Shown here: in pieces, positions 60,247 through 64,000 of the stretch
Position numbering within the stretch: the stretch's first letter is position 1
Layout: each line of letters starts with the position of its first letter
Source: Candidatus Latescibacterota bacterium
GTDB taxonomy: Bacteria > Latescibacterota > UBA2968 > GCA-2709665
Direction of reading: 5' to 3'
DNA: 64,000 bases
Assembly: GCA_965203805.1 (NCBI GenBank)
Contig: OZ241917.1
Location: forward strand, 3,040,001 to 3,104,000
Position numbers and translations under genes: made by a program
The notes under the pieces: generated by a model
What the model was told of the DNA's origin: nothing
Database searches by the model: none
What the model saw: only the letters and a program-made list of their open reading frames with translations

Positions 60247-60298
60247 CGGTAGAGATACTCAGGTCCACTTTCTGCGCCTGTGGCCGTGGGCGACCCTC

Positions 60299-60328
60299 TT
60301 GACTCGTTAATGATAATACATTATCATT
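60299..60328 (+). promoter_or_regulatory. Sigma70 promoter P2 with perfect Fur/Zur-like palindrome
   Basis: TTGACT-N17-TATCAT; AATGATAAT-AC-ATTATCATT at 60309-60328. Confidence 0.75.
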
Positions 60329-60547
60329 TTGATCGAGACGCTCCCGCCCTCTTTCTGCTCCTGCCGGGGGCGCGACGCCATCGGCATCGCGCGGAAGCGC
60401 GGGCGTACACAAACCGGAATGTCAGGCATACATGACGCAACGACACATTTGCGATGTCCGAAGTCCCTCCGCGTGAGCATTCCGGGGCGAGTGCCGCCAT
60501 CCGATCCCATCTTCGGTCTCGCCGTTTCCCAGGGAGAAGAGAGAGTA

Positions 60548-60855
60548 TGATGATCAACACGTCACGACGACGCCCGAACCTCGAACGGGTTCGACGCATC
60601 AAAAAGGCATTGCGCGAAGCGCTGAGACTCTCCAATGACGCGACGGTTACGGTCACGGAACTGGCTTGTCTCGAAGAAGGCTGCGCACCCGTCGAAACCG
60701 TGATCGGCCTGCTTCGGCCCGATGCGCCACAGCTTCAGTACAAGCTGCACAAACCCATGGACGCCGTTGACGCCAAGGACCTGGTCCAGGTCTGCAAGGC
60801 ATGGGGATTCGACGTCCGAATGCCCATACTCGCACATCTGCTCCGGGAGAACTAG
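60548..60855 (+). CDS. Small hypothetical protein with ELACLEEGCAPVET (CxxxxC) motif, upstream of CobW
   Basis: ATG after GGAGAAGAGAG; Cys motif typical of small proteins near CobW genes (recognition from memory). Confidence 0.65.
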
Positions 60856-61070
60856 TGTTCTGTCCCGGAAATAAGTTGCCTGAATTCGGCCGTCGAGTCG
60901 CCCGGCTCGCATCCTTCGACAGGCTCTGGACCCAGCGCCAGAGCGCAGGCGACCTGGCCAGGTCGGCGAGCGATGGCAACGCTGCGAGACGGGATGAATC
61001 GGCCTGCCTGCAGCGCAGGGCACTGCGCAGGCAGGCGGAAGAATGGTGAGGTATTTTTGGGACAGGACAC
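60855..61070. mobile_element. ~216-bp MITE-like element
   Basis: 19-bp terminal IRs GTGTTCTGTCCCGGAAATA / TATTTTTGGGACAGGACAC (16/19 match); CTAG-like flanks; non-coding; internal hairpins. Confidence 0.7.
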
Positions 61071-61073
61071 CAG

Positions 61074-61460
61074 ATGAACACGCCGCGAAAAGTACCTGTT
61101 TCCATCCTCACCGGCTTCCTCGGCTCCGGCAAGACGACCCTGCTCAACCGGATCTTAAGTGAGGAGCACGGCAAGCGCATGGCCGTGATCGAGAGGGACG
61201 GCGACGTCGATCCCAACAGGCTCAACGCCTGGCTTGCCATACTGCTCGGTGAGCGCGGTGTGGACATCTTCCGAATGAAGGGCTTTATCAGCCTCGCAGG
61301 CGAGTCACGTCGCTTCGTCTTCCAGGGGGTACACATGCTCTTTGACGGCCAGCCGGATCGCGAATGGGGGGACGCGCCCCGCCGCAATCAGCTCGTCTTC
61401 ATCGGCCGCAACCTCGATGAGCAGAGCATGCGGCAGGGGTTCGAAGCATGTCTGATTTGA
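61074..61460 (+). pseudogene. CobW/COG0523 metallochaperone GTPase with large in-frame internal deletion
   Basis: [14 protein letters not shown] fused directly to CobW_C ([17 protein letters not shown]); NEFG, CxCC, Walker B and NKxD absent; only 128 aa. Confidence 0.85.
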
Positions 61461-62488
61461 ATTTCGACAGGCCGAGGGGCGTTCTTCGCCGGGGCTGGTC
61501 CGCGGCGGTCGGCGACTACGCTATCGCCGGGGGTTGGTGCCTGCGCGGTGAGGCGCTGATGGTCGGTGACGCTGCGGGTGGCGTTTATGCATTCGACGGC
61601 AAATCCGGCGCGATCGCCTGGGAGCGGAGGGGGGTTCATGACGGCGGTGTGCTCGCGGTGGCGGTCCACCCGGACGGAACCGCGGTCGCTACGGCCGGCC
61701 AGGACGGCCGAATCTTGATCTGGAGCGCCGCCGATGGTCAGGTACGCGCGGCTGTCGACGTCGGAAGCGGTTGGGTAGAAAACGCGGCGTGGTCGCCGGA
61801 CGGACAGTGGTTGGCGGCCTCCTGCTCCCGGCAGGTTCGCGCGTATGGTGCGGATGGAGTGGAAGTCTGGCGATCTGATGATCATCCCAGCACCGTCAGC
61901 GCGATCGCGTGGTCGAGCGCAGGGGAGCTGGCGACGGCCTGTTACGGTCGAGTGACGTTCTTCGACGCGGCCACCGGCGAGCCACGCCAGAAGCTGGAGT
62001 GGCAGGGCTCCCTGGTGTCAATGGTACTGAGTTCGGACTGTGATATCGTGGCCTGCGGCAGCCAGGACAATTCGGTTCACTTCTGGCGTCGCTCCACGGA
62101 GCTGGACTCGACGATGTCAGGATACCCTGCCAAGCCGTCGGCCCTGGCTTTCGATGACACCGGCACCCTCCTGGCCACCGGCGGCGGGGAGGCGGTGACG
62201 GTCTGGAGCTTCCGCGGACGTGGCCCCGAAGGCACGCGGCCCGGCGTTCTGGAGCTTCATGTTCAACCCGTCACAACGCTTGCCTTCGCTCGCCGCGCGA
62301 TGCGCCTGGCATCGGGAGGCCGCGACCGTGCCGTGGTTGTGTGGTCGCTTCAGAGAGATGGAGAAGGCAGTCCGATAGGGGTCGCGGTTGTGGGGGGCGC
62401 ACTGGCCGAATTGTACTGGCGGCCAGACGGCCGCGCGCTTGCCGCGCTCGACGCGCTGGGTGGCGTGACGGTTTGGCGGATAGGATGA
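61448..62488 (+). CDS. WD40-repeat protein
   Basis: HPDG..ATAGQDG..IW, WSPDG, ASGGRD..VW repeats; overlaps the cobW end. Confidence 0.88.
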   Translation: MSDLNFDRPRGVLRRGWSAAVGDYAIAGGWCLRGEALMVGDAAGGVYAFDGKSGAIAWERRGVHDGGVLAVAVHPDGTAVATAGQDGRILIWSAADGQVRAAVDVGSGWVENAAWSPDGQWLAASCSRQVRAYGADGVEVWRSDDHPSTVSAIAWSSAGELATACYGRVTFFDAATGEPRQKLEWQGSLVSMVLSSDCDIVACGSQDNSVHFWRRSTELDSTMSGYPAKPSALAFDDTGTLLATGGGEAVTVWSFRGRGPEGTRPGVLELHVQPVTTLAFARRAMRLASGGRDRAVVVWSLQRDGEGSPIGVAVVGGALAELYWRPDGRALAALDALGGVTVWRIG

Positions 62489-62767
62489 ACAGAGGCCGGA
62501 ATTGCCCTGCCCAAACATCTCCAACTCGATCCTGGAGCTCAAGACGCATTCGCCGCCGGCGCAACGCCTCTCCTTTTTCTACTGAAAATAGTACTTGCCC
62601 CTGAGAAAAAGTATCACATGATTCTAAGGGAAACAACTGAAACGATATCTGAATCAATTTCTCGCAGGTATGGTAGAGCATCTTCTGAATCGCCGCTGTA
62701 CACTTTGTGCTTTTTGCAGCCGACCTGACGGATATCTTTTTCGAATTGAGGATAATCGGAGACTGCG

Positions 62768-63430
62768 ATGTCACTTCTGACAGTCGCGAACCTCGAAAAG
62801 GCTTATGCTTCACCTGATGGTTCACAGAGCCGCATCATCGATGTTCCCCATTTTGAGATAGACGCTGGAAAACAGATTGCGCTCAGAGGGAGCAGTGGTG
62901 CTGGAAAAACGACGTTTCTGAATCTGATCTCCGGGATTCTACAAGCCGATAACGGAAGCATTGTGCTCGCTGACGTGGAGATGACTGCTCTCTCAGAATC
63001 CGAGCGGGACAGGTTACGTGCCCACTGCATCGGGTATATTTTCCAAACCTTCAATCTACTGGCTGGCTACACAGCTTTAGAGAACGTTATGCTCGGAACG
63101 CTGTTCGGAAAAGGAACCGACGCCAATTTCGCCCAACATCTGCTTGAACGGGTCGGACTTGGCGATCGAATGCAGTATCGCCCTTCGCAGCTATCGGTCG
63201 GGCAGCAACAACGTGTTGCGGTTGCCCGCGCCGTAGCCAATCGACCCCGGCTCGTACTCGCCGATGAACCGACCGGCAATCTGGATTATCATCATGCCAA
63301 CGAAGCGGTAACTCTCATCCGTGAAATCTGCGACGAAAACAGTGCAGCGCTGCTTATCGTCAGCCACGACTCGAGTGTTCTGGGCCAATTTGAGGAGGCA
63401 ATGGATTTCGCACAGGTAAATCGCGTATAA
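62768..63430 (+). CDS. ABC transporter ATP-binding protein (LolD/MacB-like)
   Basis: GSSGAGKTT, LSVGQQQRVA, LADEPTGNLD, VSHD. Confidence 0.93.
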   Translation: MSLLTVANLEKAYASPDGSQSRIIDVPHFEIDAGKQIALRGSSGAGKTTFLNLISGILQADNGSIVLADVEMTALSESERDRLRAHCIGYIFQTFNLLAGYTALENVMLGTLFGKGTDANFAQHLLERVGLGDRMQYRPSQLSVGQQQRVAVARAVANRPRLVLADEPTGNLDYHHANEAVTLIREICDENSAALLIVSHDSSVLGQFEEAMDFAQVNRV

Positions 63431-63540
63431 CGTAAGGAGAACCCGCCCGCAACCCGGTTTCTGTTGCACGGGTTTGAGACATGAGTTCCGTTGTATCAAG
63501 CATCAATACAAACGGTCACCTGTGTAAGAAATGGAGAAAT

Positions 63541-64000
63541 GTGTTTGAGTCGAAAATGAAAAAACGGATCGGGTTGTTATTCATCGTTCAACGCAGTCTT
63601 CGACAACACGCGCTTTCGACCGTCATCACAACATTGTCAATCGCGCTCGGTACGGGACTGGTGATGGCGGTTATCGCCATCAGAGCGCAATCCGTCTCGG
63701 CATTCACGGGCGGTCCGATTGGGTTCGATGCGGTCCTGGGGGCACGCGGCAGTCCGTTGCAATTGGTGCTGAACACCGTATTTCATCTCGAAACCTCGCC
63801 GGGGAATATCCCCTGGACGATGTATCAAGCGGTGAAAAACGATCCGCGTGTCGAGCTCGCCATACCTTACGCGCTTGGAGACAATTATTACGGATTCCGT
63901 ATCGTCGGTACGACGGTGGAGTTGTTCACGGAGTTTGAATACCGCAAAGGGGTACGATTTCGGACGCGTGGGGATGGACGTTTCTTCGATCCCAACCGGC
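63541..64000 (+). CDS. ABC transporter permease, N-terminal part (runs off window end)
   Basis: Translated manually from GTG 63541/ATG 63556: ..RSLRQHALSTVIT..FDAVLGARGSPLQLVLNTVFH..ALGDNYYGFRIVGT. Confidence 0.85.
   Translation, partial: MFESKMKKRIGLLFIVQRSLRQHALSTVITTLSIALGTGLVMAVIAIRAQSVSAFTGGPIGFDAVLGARGSPLQLVLNTVFHLETSPGNIPWTMYQAVKNDPRVELAIPYALGDNYYGFRIVGTTVELFTEFEYRKGVRFRTRGDGRFFDPNR

Noticed and set aside
60047-60550. Short ORFs upstream of the CobW operon
   Set aside because: No SD or motifs, low-complexity composition, and the first overlaps the promoter-operator elements.

Overview
A 64-kb, GC-rich bacterial chromosomal window. The gene content (GWxTD protein, dockerin/EF-hand-like secreted proteins, FlgD-Ig/secretion-tail protein, several Gfo/Idh/MocA enzymes, ankyrin protein) suggests an FCB-group or Latescibacterota-like organism; this is inference only. 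It starts with the end of the dcw cluster (murC-murB-ftsQ-ftsA-ftsZ). It continues with housekeeping and catabolic genes (opine dehydrogenase, moaB, HDAC, pheA, aminotransferases, TPP-dependent E1 alpha/beta, helicase IV, uvrA, queD, hinT, yidD), two PIN toxin-antitoxin modules and ABC permeases. Two metal-related loci follow. No rRNA, tRNA or CRISPR array was seen. Main oddities: (1) a 97-aa His/Cys-rich leader ending in the ribosome-arrest motif RAPP, upstream of a His-motif repeat lipoprotein and a TonB-dependent receptor; (2) a four-helix-bundle gene and uvrA bracketed by three octamer-type arrays in alternating, mutually complementary orientation; (3) a ~118-bp structured element present twice in inverted orientation about 14.6 kb apart; (4) a duplicated sigma70 promoter carrying Fur/Zur-like palindromes ahead of a decaying CobW operon with a MITE insertion and an in-frame internal deletion; (5) two tandem permease genes that appear to start at ATT.
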